From a virus (Duplodnaviria; Heunggongvirae; Uroviricota; Caudoviricetes), in the IMG/VR virus record IMGVR_UViG_3300032287_000839, positions 45,794-109,793 of that record: 64,000 nt of DNA. The stretch is one strand, 5' to 3'. Positions 6,922 through 15,900 of the stretch are shown piece by piece. Below the pieces are notes generated by a model that worked only from the letters and a program-made list of their open reading frames with translations, had not been told where the DNA came from and ran no database searches. Numbering within the stretch: position 1 is the first letter of the stretch; each line of letters opens with the position of its first letter. The position numbers and the translations under genes are program-made.

Positions 6922-8985
6922 ATGAACCAATTAAATATGAAAACTAAGGTGATGTACATAGCTCCTCACTTATCAACAGGAGGAATGCCTGCATTTTTAT
7001 TAAAGACTATTCAGGAATTAAAGGATAGTTTAGACATCTATGTAGTTGAGTATCAATGTCATAGCTTAGATTTTGTAGTTCAGCGTAATGCAATTATGGA
7101 GATTGTTGGAAACAACTTCACCACTCTGTATGAAAATAAGATGGAGCTATTTAATGTAATCAATGAATGGAAACCAGACATAATCCACATACAAGAACCT
7201 GCTGATAGATTTGATCAAGAGATGATGAGAGAGTTATATAAGGATGATAGAACATATAAACTTGTAGAAACCTTCCATGATGTAGCATTCAAACCTGAAG
7301 AGAAGATATTGTTGTCAGAAGCATATGCTTTCTGTACACCATATCATGTTGACATATTTGTTAATGATACATATAAACAGGTGATTGAATTTCCTATAGA
7401 GAATAAGCAACCAGGACTTATAGCTAAGATGGATGCTAAAGATAAGCTAGGGTTCAATAAGTTTAGAGCTAATGTACTTAATGTAGGGCTGTGGACTAAA
7501 GGTAAGAACCAGGGAGAAGGACTTGAGATAGCTAGAAAGCATCCTGATATGGATTTCCATTTTGTTGGTAACCAAGCTGGGAACTTCCAAGACTATTGGG
7601 AACCATTAATGAAAGACCTACCAGAGAATGTAAAGATATGGGGAGAGAGAAATGATGTAGATGAGTTTATGAAAGCTGCAGACATATTCATGTTTAACAG
7701 CACGTGGGAATGTAATCCATTAGTTCTTAGAGAAGCAATTGGATATGGGTTGCCTGTTGTAGCTAGAAACCTACCACAGTATGGAGACATGTTCACCAAC
7801 TATCTATTACCTATTGATACTGATCTAGAGCTGATTGACTACAGCAGTTACAATAGAAAGATGTATGACCTACCAGAGAATACATTTACTAAAGACTACA
7901 TAGAGTTCTACAGCCTTGTAACTAAGTTATCTACAAGAAAACAAGGAGTGGTGATAGCTCAGCACTTTGTAGACAATCCATTCCTAGAGATTAAAGGTGT
8001 GTCAGATAGCAACTTCAGAGTGGCATTCTTTGATGAGCAAGATAGATGTCATTATGAAAATACAGTTAGAGCTAATAGCTGGGTGAGATTGAATAGACAG
8101 TATTATACTAAGTGGACAGCTAAGGTGTGGAAAGATGATTTGCTTTTGTACACTAACACTTTAAACTTTGTAGATAAAACTGTGTTCATTGTAATCGATA
8201 GCAAAAGCTTAGGTGATACAATTGCTTGGGTTCCATATGCTCTAGAGTTCCAAAAGAAACATAATTGTAAGGTGGTTGTGTCCACTTTTTGGAATAAAAT
8301 ACTGGACTATCCTGAGCTAGAACTGGTAGAACCAGGAGCTACAGTGGAGTGTTATGCTTTATATAGAATAGGATGGTTTTGGAATGAGGCTAAAGAACCT
8401 GAGTTATGTAACACAATACCTTTACAAAAAGCAGCTAGTAATATACTAGGTCTTGAGTATACAGAAATAAAACCTCAACTTAAATATGAGTATAACTATC
8501 CTGCATCAAACGATCATCCTTACATAGCAATTGCTACCAACTCAACTATGGAATGTAAGTTCTGGACTAGAGAAGGATGGCAGGAAGTAATTAACTGGTT
8601 AAATAGTTTAGGATACTCAGTTATAAATGTATCTAAAGAGGATAATCCGTTTGCCAATTGTATAAAGATAGCTGATACATCTATAGAGAATACAATGAAT
8701 GTGATAGCAGGTGCTAAGCTGTTTATAGGATTGTCCAGTGGATTAAGCTGGTTAGCATGGGCTTTACATCAAAGAGTGGTGATGATTGCAAACTTCACAG
8801 AAGCTAATCATGAATTTAAATGTTACAGAGTGACTGATACAACTTCATGTAATAGCTGTTGGAACGATCCAACTATTAAGTTAGATCCACATTGGAACTG
8901 GTGTCCTAGGAATAAGGACTTTGAATGTCAGAGATTAATACCAGCAAGTATGGTAATGGATAAAATAAAAGAAGCAGGCATTTAG
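6922..8985 (+). CDS. two-domain glycosyltransferase: N-terminal GT4/GT1-like domain fused to a C-terminal GT9 heptosyltransferase-like (TibC/AAH 'BAHT'-like) domain
   Basis: N-domain motif FNSTWECNPLVLREAIGYGLPVVARN, matching the GT4 E..G..LEA.A.G.PVV pattern. C-domain motifs IGLSSGLSWLAWALHQRVVMIANFTE (GT9 nucleotide-sugar pocket-like) and the Cys cluster CYRVTDTTSCNSCWNDP...WNWCPRNKDFECQ, which resembles the iron-finger of autotransporter heptosyltransferases. It is the only plus-strand gene in the window. The true start is ATG 6922 (MNQLNMKTK), not 6805. Confidence 0.8.
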   Translation: MNQLNMKTKVMYIAPHLSTGGMPAFLLKTIQELKDSLDIYVVEYQCHSLDFVVQRNAIMEIVGNNFTTLYENKMELFNVINEWKPDIIHIQEPADRFDQEMMRELYKDDRTYKLVETFHDVAFKPEEKILLSEAYAFCTPYHVDIFVNDTYKQVIEFPIENKQPGLIAKMDAKDKLGFNKFRANVLNVGLWTKGKNQGEGLEIARKHPDMDFHFVGNQAGNFQDYWEPLMKDLPENVKIWGERNDVDEFMKAADIFMFNSTWECNPLVLREAIGYGLPVVARNLPQYGDMFTNYLLPIDTDLELIDYSSYNRKMYDLPENTFTKDYIEFYSLVTKLSTRKQGVVIAQHFVDNPFLEIKGVSDSNFRVAFFDEQDRCHYENTVRANSWVRLNRQYYTKWTAKVWKDDLLLYTNTLNFVDKTVFIVIDSKSLGDTIAWVPYALEFQKKHNCKVVVSTFWNKILDYPELELVEPGATVECYALYRIGWFWNEAKEPELCNTIPLQKAASNILGLEYTEIKPQLKYEYNYPASNDHPYIAIATNSTMECKFWTREGWQEVINWLNSLGYSVINVSKEDNPFANCIKIADTSIENTMNVIAGAKLFIGLSSGLSWLAWALHQRVVMIANFTEANHEFKCYRVTDTTSCNSCWNDPTIKLDPHWNWCPRNKDFECQRLIPASMVMDKIKEAGI

Positions 8986-9000
8986 CCTGCTTTCTTTTTA
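8971..9000. terminator. bidirectional rho-independent terminator between convergent genes
   Basis: GAAGCAGGC-ATTTA-GCCTGCTTC makes a 9-bp stem. A TTTCTTTTTAT run follows and an A-rich run precedes. The glycosyltransferase stop lies in the loop, and the minus-strand gene stop is at 8998. Confidence 0.6.
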
Positions 9001-9429
9001 TGGGTTATTAGAAACTTCTTTTTTTAGGAACTTCTCCAGTAGAACAGGATAATAATCTTCTGTTTCTATATTAAACAACTCCTCAATATCCAATTCAGGG
9101 ACTTCAATATTCTTTTCAATCTTTTCTAATTCAGACAATTTAACTCTCAATTCAGGAACATGTTCTTCTCTAATAAAGTATTGCCCATCTTTTTCTTCCC
9201 CTTTCCCTTCAGCAATCATTTCTTTAAATATTTCTAAACTACTTTCATCAAAAGCTTTCTTTTCATCAACAAGATTTTTATTAACTTGATTGTTTAAAAT
9301 GTATTTAACTTTAATAGATAACTTTTGTGAAAGTAACCCAGTATTACTTCTTTCTCCTGTTTGTTTGTTTATAACTCTTCCATTTAACTCATCAAACATT
9401 GTAGCAATTTCTGCCAGTGTTAGTTTCAT
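8998..9429 (-). CDS. hypothetical acidic protein (possible fiber assembly or chaperone role, from position only)
   Basis: 143-aa ORF with its own Bacteroidetes-type promoter upstream. Sits downstream of the fiber genes. Confidence 0.55.
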   Translation of the reverse strand: MKLTLAEIATMFDELNGRVINKQTGERSNTGLLSQKLSIKVKYILNNQVNKNLVDEKKAFDESSLEIFKEMIAEGKGEEKDGQYFIREEHVPELRVKLSELEKIEKNIEVPELDIEELFNIETEDYYPVLLEKFLKKEVSNNP

Positions 9430-9445
9430 ATAATTATATTTTGTT

Positions 9446-9477
9446 CAAAATTAGTTTACTTAATCTAATTTACCAAA
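9446..9477 (-). promoter_or_regulatory. Bacteroidetes-type promoter (TTTG, 20 nt, TAATTTTG)
   Basis: The minus strand reads ACATTTGGTAAATTAGATTAAGTAAACTAATTTTG. The -7 element lies 16 nt upstream of the ATG at 9429. Confidence 0.45.
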
Positions 9478-9480
9478 TGT

Positions 9481-9822
9481 TTATGGAACTAATGTTGTAG
9501 TTTCAGTTGTGGTAGTACTACTAGTTGTAGTGCTTGTGGTAACATCTCCTACGATAGTTAAGTTAAGCTGTGCTGCTATCCAATCCCAAGCATATTGATT
9601 TGTTTGGTAATCTTCATAAGCTTGACCTGTCATTGTAAGTTTACCTGAAGCTAATACATTTACTGATGGTAATGCTGGATATAAATTATAAACTATAGTT
9701 CCAATACCGTAATAAAAAACAGCTTGATTTAATAAGTTATCACTTATAACATAAGCGTTTAATCCATCTACTTGCACCTCTTGACCATCAGACCACACTG
9801 TTACTGGTTCAATTTGTTTCAT
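9481..9822 (-). CDS. small protein with a poly-Thr/Ser C-terminus, immediately downstream of the collagen-like fiber
   Basis: 113-aa ORF whose start overlaps the fiber stop. C-terminus VTTSTTTSSTTTTETTTLVP. Confidence 0.5.
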   Translation of the reverse strand: MKQIEPVTVWSDGQEVQVDGLNAYVISDNLLNQAVFYYGIGTIVYNLYPALPSVNVLASGKLTMTGQAYEDYQTNQYAWDWIAAQLNLTIVGDVTTSTTTSSTTTTETTTLVP

Positions 9823-9824
9823 TA

Positions 9825-12800
9825 TTAATTATTTATTAATTGTTTTATATTATTGATTTCTAATTGTTGATTTTTAATAATCTCCTGTTGTTCTTTCATT
9901 CCATTAACAACTACAGCCAATAATTCTGTTTGTGTAATAGCCAACATGTTGAAATTTTTATCTTCAATTATTAACTCTGGTATCAAATCTTGTAACTGCT
10001 GTGCAGAAAAACCTAAGTGAAAAGTTTTATCACCCTTTGATACATGATTATCTGGCAAATCATACTTAAACTTAATTGTATCCATTTGCAATAACTCATT
10101 AAGTCCATAAGTTAATTTAGATACTTCCTTCTTATATCTCATATCTGAAACAGAACCGTAAGTAGCATATAGTGTGTCCATGTAAAACAAGCTACCACCA
10201 CCTATACCGCCATAAATATCTAACCACTGACTCCAATACCCATACCACAAATACTTATATCTACCTTGAAAATATTCTTGCCCAGCCCATTGTAAATTAC
10301 CAGGCGAGTAAATAGATCCAAATGTTACACCATCTGTTGTTCTTACATACTGATCCATATTAGCTGCATAAGGATATGCGTTAGTATTCATGTAATAAAC
10401 CCATCCTCCAAAAGAACCACCTGAAACATTTCTTGTAGCTAATCTATTTGCATTATCTTCCCATCCCCAGGCTACTTGTGTTCCCCAAAAACTTCCACCA
10501 TTAGTGTGCCTAAAGTTTTGTTGAATCCACCAAGATCCTCCTGGTCCATTTGTTCCATTTGCACCAACGTCACCACTATATCTCGCAGTTCCTGCAGGTG
10601 TGTTTGTAAAATCATTGTTCCAAGATCCTGTAGAGCCTGTTTGCTGAATATAATTATTACTATTTAAATATGTAGCACTAGATGCAGCACTCACAGTTTG
10701 AGAACCAATGTTAGCAGTTGTAATAAATTGGAACCAACTATTCCAGCTTCCCACATCGCCATTTCTTGTTCTATAAGAAATTGCAACCCCGCCACCACTA
10801 TATGCAGCATTTAATTGTAAATCATAACTACCACCTGCACTAAATCTAGCTATAGGGCCTGTCCAAGGAGCATTTACAGAATAAGTAAATCCTGTACTGT
10901 TAGTGTCCATAGTATTAGCATCAAGTGTAAAACCTTGATAATACATAATATTAGCTGGCTTACTAGAAACATTACCCCATGCTACACTACCAGCACTACC
11001 TGTAATACTTATACCCCATGTACCAGAAGCAGCTCCTCCAGTTAATGTAGGAGAATAAGAGTTATAATTTGCTGCATTTAAAACTGTATTACCACCGTAT
11101 GCTAATGTTGAACCATTATCAGTTAATGCACTATTACCTATGGTAGTTGCACTTGTAAATTTAGTCATTGTGTTTGTGGTACCTGATACAGCTACAGATG
11201 TACCACTTGTACCTGTTGTTCCGCTAGAACCACTTGTTCCGCTAACTCCAGAAGTACCATTCACTCCTGATGTGCCATTAATTCCAGAGGTACCGTTTAC
11301 TCCTGATGTACCAGAGGTTCCATTAGCTCCTGATGTTCCATTGATTCCTGACGTACCACTAGACCCTGATGTACCAGTTGTTCCTGAAGTTCCATTTATT
11401 CCACTAGTTCCAGCAGTTCCACTTGTACCTGTAGTACCTGATGTTCCTCCTGTAGAAGATGTTCCTCCTGTTCCGTCTGTTCCACTACTACCAGATGTGC
11501 CACCAGTCCCATCAGTTCCAGATGAGCCACTAGTTCCACCAGTGCCTGAAGTTCCTGTAGTACCACTTGTTCCTGGGGTACCACTTGTCCCAGCAGATCC
11601 TGAGGTTCCAGGTGTACCACTAGTACCAGATGTACCTGATTGAGATACAATAGCTATAAATAAAGGATGGTTGTTAGCAAAGTTGGTTGTACCAGTTCCT
11701 GCTGAAGATATCAATGTTACAGGAATAGTCCAATAGTTAGTGCTATTGGTTGGTGTACCTGTTATATCCCAAATTTGATTATTGGCAGAATCATTTTGAT
11801 CTTGTATAGTGATTTGTTGAGTCTCTTGTAATAATGCTAAGAAAATGTCAATATCAATATCATTATCAGTTGTATGATTGATGTTTATTGATGTAGAACT
11901 TATTTGTGTAGCATTATCCCAAATAATATATCCAATACCAGGATCTCCTGATTGTGATGTAGTTTTAGCTTGATAGAAGAATAAGTTGTTTGATATACCA
12001 TTTACACCTGACGTACCACCAGTTCCACTTGTACCTGTGGTTCCAGAAGTGCCATCAGTACCTGAAGTTCCAGTGGTTCCACTTGTTCCTCCTGTGCTAC
12101 TAGTTCCTGATGTACCTGTGGTTCCTGATGTACCATCTGTCCCACTTGTACCACTTGTTCCTCCTGTACCATCAGTGCCTGATGTACCATTAGAACCATC
12201 TGTTCCTGAGGTTCCTGAGGTGCCTGTTGTACCACTGGTGCCACTAGTACCGTCTATACCTGATGTTCCACTAGTTCCATCTATACCACTAGTTCCATTA
12301 CTACCATTAGTTCCACTCGTTCCAGCAGAACCAGTAGTTCCACTTGTACTTGATGTTCCTGAAGATCCTGAACTACCGTTAGAACCTGATGTTCCAGTTG
12401 TGCCTGATGTTCCACTTGTTCCATTAGAACCGCTTATACCAGAGCTACCGCTTGTACCTCTAGTTCCACTAGTTCCGCTTGTCCCACCTGAACCACTAGT
12501 ACCACGAGTCCCACTAGATCCAGATGTGCCTGCAGAGCCTGTTGATCCTGAGGTACCATTTGATCCATGAGTTCCACGTACACCAGAAGAGCCTGAAGAA
12601 CCACTAGTGCCAGAGCTACCAGTTAATCCAGAACTTCCTGAGCTACCACTAGTTCCATTAATTCCAGATGTCCCAGAGGTGCCAGATGTTCCTGAAGTAC
12701 CGTTCACCACAGCAAGTCTAGCATCAATTTTTTCTAATGCTGTCTGTATGCTATCATTAGTATTGATACCTGTATATATAAGGTCAGCACCTTCGTAAAA

Positions 12801-12857
12801 TACGCAAGTGCTATTAAGTATAATTGGACAAGGTTCTGCAGAACAAGTGATGTTCAT
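9825..12857 (-). CDS. collagen-like tail fiber with a C-terminal S74-type intramolecular chaperone (self-cleaving) domain
   Basis: Two long G-X-Y blocks (GTSGTSGTSG...). The C-terminus has the SVSDMRYKKEV motif (Ser/Lys dyad pattern SD.R.K) followed by a coiled-coil tail. The N-terminus carries the conserved fiber-anchor motif GINTNDSIQTALEKIDARL. Confidence 0.85.
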   Translation of the reverse strand: MNITCSAEPCPIILNSTCVFYEGADLIYTGINTNDSIQTALEKIDARLAVVNGTSGTSGTSGTSGINGTSGSSGSSGLTGSSGTSGSSGSSGVRGTHGSNGTSGSTGSAGTSGSSGTRGTSGSGGTSGTSGTRGTSGSSGISGSNGTSGTSGTTGTSGSNGSSGSSGTSSTSGTTGSAGTSGTNGSNGTSGIDGTSGTSGIDGTSGTSGTTGTSGTSGTDGSNGTSGTDGTGGTSGTSGTDGTSGTTGTSGTSSTGGTSGTTGTSGTDGTSGTTGTSGTGGTSGVNGISNNLFFYQAKTTSQSGDPGIGYIIWDNATQISSTSININHTTDNDIDIDIFLALLQETQQITIQDQNDSANNQIWDITGTPTNSTNYWTIPVTLISSAGTGTTNFANNHPLFIAIVSQSGTSGTSGTPGTSGSAGTSGTPGTSGTTGTSGTGGTSGSSGTDGTGGTSGSSGTDGTGGTSSTGGTSGTTGTSGTAGTSGINGTSGTTGTSGSSGTSGINGTSGANGTSGTSGVNGTSGINGTSGVNGTSGVSGTSGSSGTTGTSGTSVAVSGTTNTMTKFTSATTIGNSALTDNGSTLAYGGNTVLNAANYNSYSPTLTGGAASGTWGISITGSAGSVAWGNVSSKPANIMYYQGFTLDANTMDTNSTGFTYSVNAPWTGPIARFSAGGSYDLQLNAAYSGGGVAISYRTRNGDVGSWNSWFQFITTANIGSQTVSAASSATYLNSNNYIQQTGSTGSWNNDFTNTPAGTARYSGDVGANGTNGPGGSWWIQQNFRHTNGGSFWGTQVAWGWEDNANRLATRNVSGGSFGGWVYYMNTNAYPYAANMDQYVRTTDGVTFGSIYSPGNLQWAGQEYFQGRYKYLWYGYWSQWLDIYGGIGGGSLFYMDTLYATYGSVSDMRYKKEVSKLTYGLNELLQMDTIKFKYDLPDNHVSKGDKTFHLGFSAQQLQDLIPELIIEDKNFNMLAITQTELLAVVVNGMKEQQEIIKNQQLEINNIKQLINN
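11195..11660. repeat. collagen-like coding tandem repeat, block 2 (9-nt G-T/S-S units)
   Basis: Encodes (GTS/GSS/GTT)n. Its antisense reads as PV-rich pseudo-ORFs. Confidence 0.8.
12005..12695. repeat. collagen-like coding tandem repeat, block 1
   Basis: Encodes about 230 aa of G-X-Y triplets. Antisense ORFs 11986..12570 and 12607..12798 are artefacts of the repeat. Confidence 0.8.
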
Positions 12858-12892
12858 AATAAATATATGTTATGTGTAATCTATTAATATGC

Positions 12893-12927
12893 AATAGACA
12901 CATAGCCTTAAATAGCTTGTGTCTATA
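12893..12927 (-). promoter_or_regulatory. leader hairpin upstream of the fiber gene (ATAGACACA ... TGTGTCTAT)
   Basis: A 9-bp perfect inverted repeat with a 15-nt loop. A TATTTTTG -7-like element lies upstream on the minus strand, but the -33 element is weak. Confidence 0.3.
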
Positions 12928-12960
12928 TTTACAAAAATAGTTAAAATTATTTAATTTAAA

Positions 12961-12996
12961 TGTTTTATAAAAACTATTGCTATATAATATAGCAAT
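12961..12996 (-). terminator. perfect 21-nt palindrome (ATTGCTATAT-A-ATATAGCAAT) followed by a U-run on the minus strand, 4 nt after the 1642-aa gene stop
   Basis: 10-bp arms. The minus strand continues AGUUUUUAUAAAACA. Candidate intrinsic terminator. Confidence 0.4.
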
Positions 12997-12999
12997 GTT

Positions 13000-15900
13000 T
13001 TACTTACCATATCCAGCTTGAGATTGTGCTTTAATTCCTAATTCTTTAGCCATCTCTGGAAAGAACATTGGTAAATATGCTCCTATTTGAGATCCTATAG
13101 GGAAAGACTTCATTGCATATTTAAGTACGAAGTTTTTCTTAAGAGCTTTCTCATCACCTTCGTATAAATAGAACAGTTCTTTACCACCGTTCACAACTAC
13201 CTTTCTCATATTTTCTATTAGTCCTACAGCAGGGAATATACCTTTTGATGTAAGACTTAGTATACTAGTTGGATCATAGAAGTAGGTAATCTCATCTTTA
13301 AACTTATCTACAGCTTTCATTAAATACTTATACTTATTTCTAACTGCTGGATCTTCTTTATCATCAGGAGCAAATGCTTTAAGTCCCATGGCAAGAGCCC
13401 ACATACTAGCAAAGAACATTACGTCTAACAACTGAGATTTGACGTTTTGATTAACCAAGTTTAAGAATTCTCCCTCAGTCATCTCAAGATCTTTTCCTGT
13501 ATCAGCTTTATAATCTGCTGCTTTTTTCTCGTGTAAAGTTCTCATTTGAGCAACCCACTTATCACCATTACCTCTAATAGCACTTTGTAAACTATCTAAT
13601 GATCCTAAGAAGTCACTTGAAACCACTCTATACATCATACGCATTCTTCCCCACTCATAAGCATCAGAAGCTGAGTTGTATTTTAAGTTACCTAAACGTA
13701 CATCCACAAGTCCAGGAATCCAGTTCTTAAATAACATCATCGATGCACCATATATAGTTTGGTTAATAGGACGTATATCATCTGGTCCTAAAGATCCTAA
13801 CGCATTCTTAGTTAATGCTTGTACGTTTCTTCTTAATTTAACTACTGATTCTGATTTTCTTTCTACACCAGGTATAACTAATTTACCATCAACTAGTTCT
13901 GCTGATTTCATTACACTCTTCTCTTCTATAAGATCTTTAACGTCTTTTTCAAACTTCTCATTTCTAGCTTTTCTTTCTTCATTCGTACCAGCAAACATAT
14001 TACTATATTCATCTGTATTCCTTAAATACTCTCTAGCATTTACCACTTCTCCATTCTGAACAATAGAGTTATCTAAGAAGCTATAGAAGTTAGTTGTCTG
14101 TACATTCAAATCAGAACTTCTCATAAGAATCATCAAGAAGTCTTGAATTCTTTCTTGAGTTAACTTATTGACAGACAATAGTTTAGCTATTTCTGCATTA
14201 TAGTTTTCGTTAAGAGGAAGGAAATATTCTAATGCAGCAATGTATTTCTTTTTATCTCCACCAATCATCTTACCTGGAAGTATCCAAGCTTGATTGCGTA
14301 AGTAGTCTGCTTTAGTAAAATACTTACCAGAGTTAATAATTGATTGAGCATTACCACCAAAGTAGTTAGATGCTGCAGATAAGAAGTTTAATCCTAAAGC
14401 AGTGATTTGAAATTGTGTATTTAAATTACTAACTACCTTATTGAAACTAATTTGTTTTCCTTCTAAGTTTTCTGGGAATATATTACGTCCAATCTTTTTA
14501 TTAATTTTCTCTCCATAGTTACCAAACTTACCTAATATCTGGTCAAAACTATCACTAGTTACATATTTCTGTCCATAGATGATAGCTTTCATCATGTCTT
14601 CATAAAGCTTAGTGTTCTCACTATTGTCTGGTGTATATACTAAATCACCTGCTGCATCTCTTTGAGTTTTACCAAAAACAGACGTAGCAATAGCTTTCTT
14701 GTTTCTTTCTGTATTTAATATACCTATAGCTTGTTCTTCTAACTCACTTAAGTATTTATACTTAATAGCCATCTCATTGTACAAAGACATGGTTCTAAAC
14801 AAATCAGTGCTCACCTCTCCATCAATCTCTCTTGTAAAGTATCTAGGGATGGTATTTATAGGTTGTCCTGTAATAGGATTAAATTTACCAAATCCTATAT
14901 CACCCTCATCAACAGTGATGCTTCTAATAAATTGCTCACCTACAGATATTTTTCCACCAAATACAATCTTCTCCATTATTCCTTTTCTAACAAAAGGAAG
15001 GAATGTTCTAACATCTCCTTTATTAATATATCCAATCTCAGCATACTCTTTATTCTTTTCTTGAATGTATTCATAAAAAGCTTTAGCAGCTGGAACACTT
15101 TGTAATTTCTTCCATTCAGCAGTTTCCAAATCAGCTTTAGGATGTTTATTGATTAAAATATATTGGAACCAACCAGCACCTGTTTTATTAGAAATGTCAT
15201 ATTTTCTTCTCATTTGAGAAATCTCATCAGCTTCTGCTTCTAAATTCTCTACATCAGTTCCCACTCTACTAGACATCTTGTTCTCAATTCTTAATTGCTC
15301 TTCTGCAATCTTTTCTTCAAGAGCAGCCTTGTAAGCTTCAACATCTACATTATCTCTAATCCAATCTACATCCTTCTCATTAATTTTTTGTTTTAATGTA
15401 CTGAAGAATTTAGGATCGTATTGATCAATAAGTTCGTTACTATCTTTTTTCTTTAATATATCAAAGTAGTTTTTACCTGACAAGTTTTGACTTTTAGCCC
15501 ATACATCAAAGTCTTTCTTAAGTTTTTCTAGTCTTCTTGTCTCATCAAGAGTATCAAATCCAGCATAAGCAAAAGCCTTATTAGCCTTTCTATATAATGT
15601 TTGAATAGCTGCAGTTTGAAATACACGAGTGGAACCAAACCATTTACCTATACCTTTAATAACCTTCTCAGGAGAAAGTAAATTTTTAATGTCTACACTA
15701 GCAGAAGTTACTGTTTCGTTAAACTCATCAGATAACTTTCTTAATTGTGACTGTAGCTTTCTAGCCTCTTTTGCAGTGCGTGTTAACTCTGTTTCAAGCT
15801 TTTTATCTTCCTCAGATAAATCTCCACCAAACAAGAAATCAAGTTCTGTATCTAAGTTTGTATAGATGGTGATAGTTTCTTCAGCATTATTAATCTCTTC

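Noticed and set aside
11140-12798. Plus-strand ORFs 11140..11643, 11986..12570 and 12607..12798 encoding Pro/Val-rich proteins
   Set aside because: They are antisense to the collagen-like GTS repeats of the fiber gene. Their low-complexity translation is a by-product of the repeat and not an independent gene.
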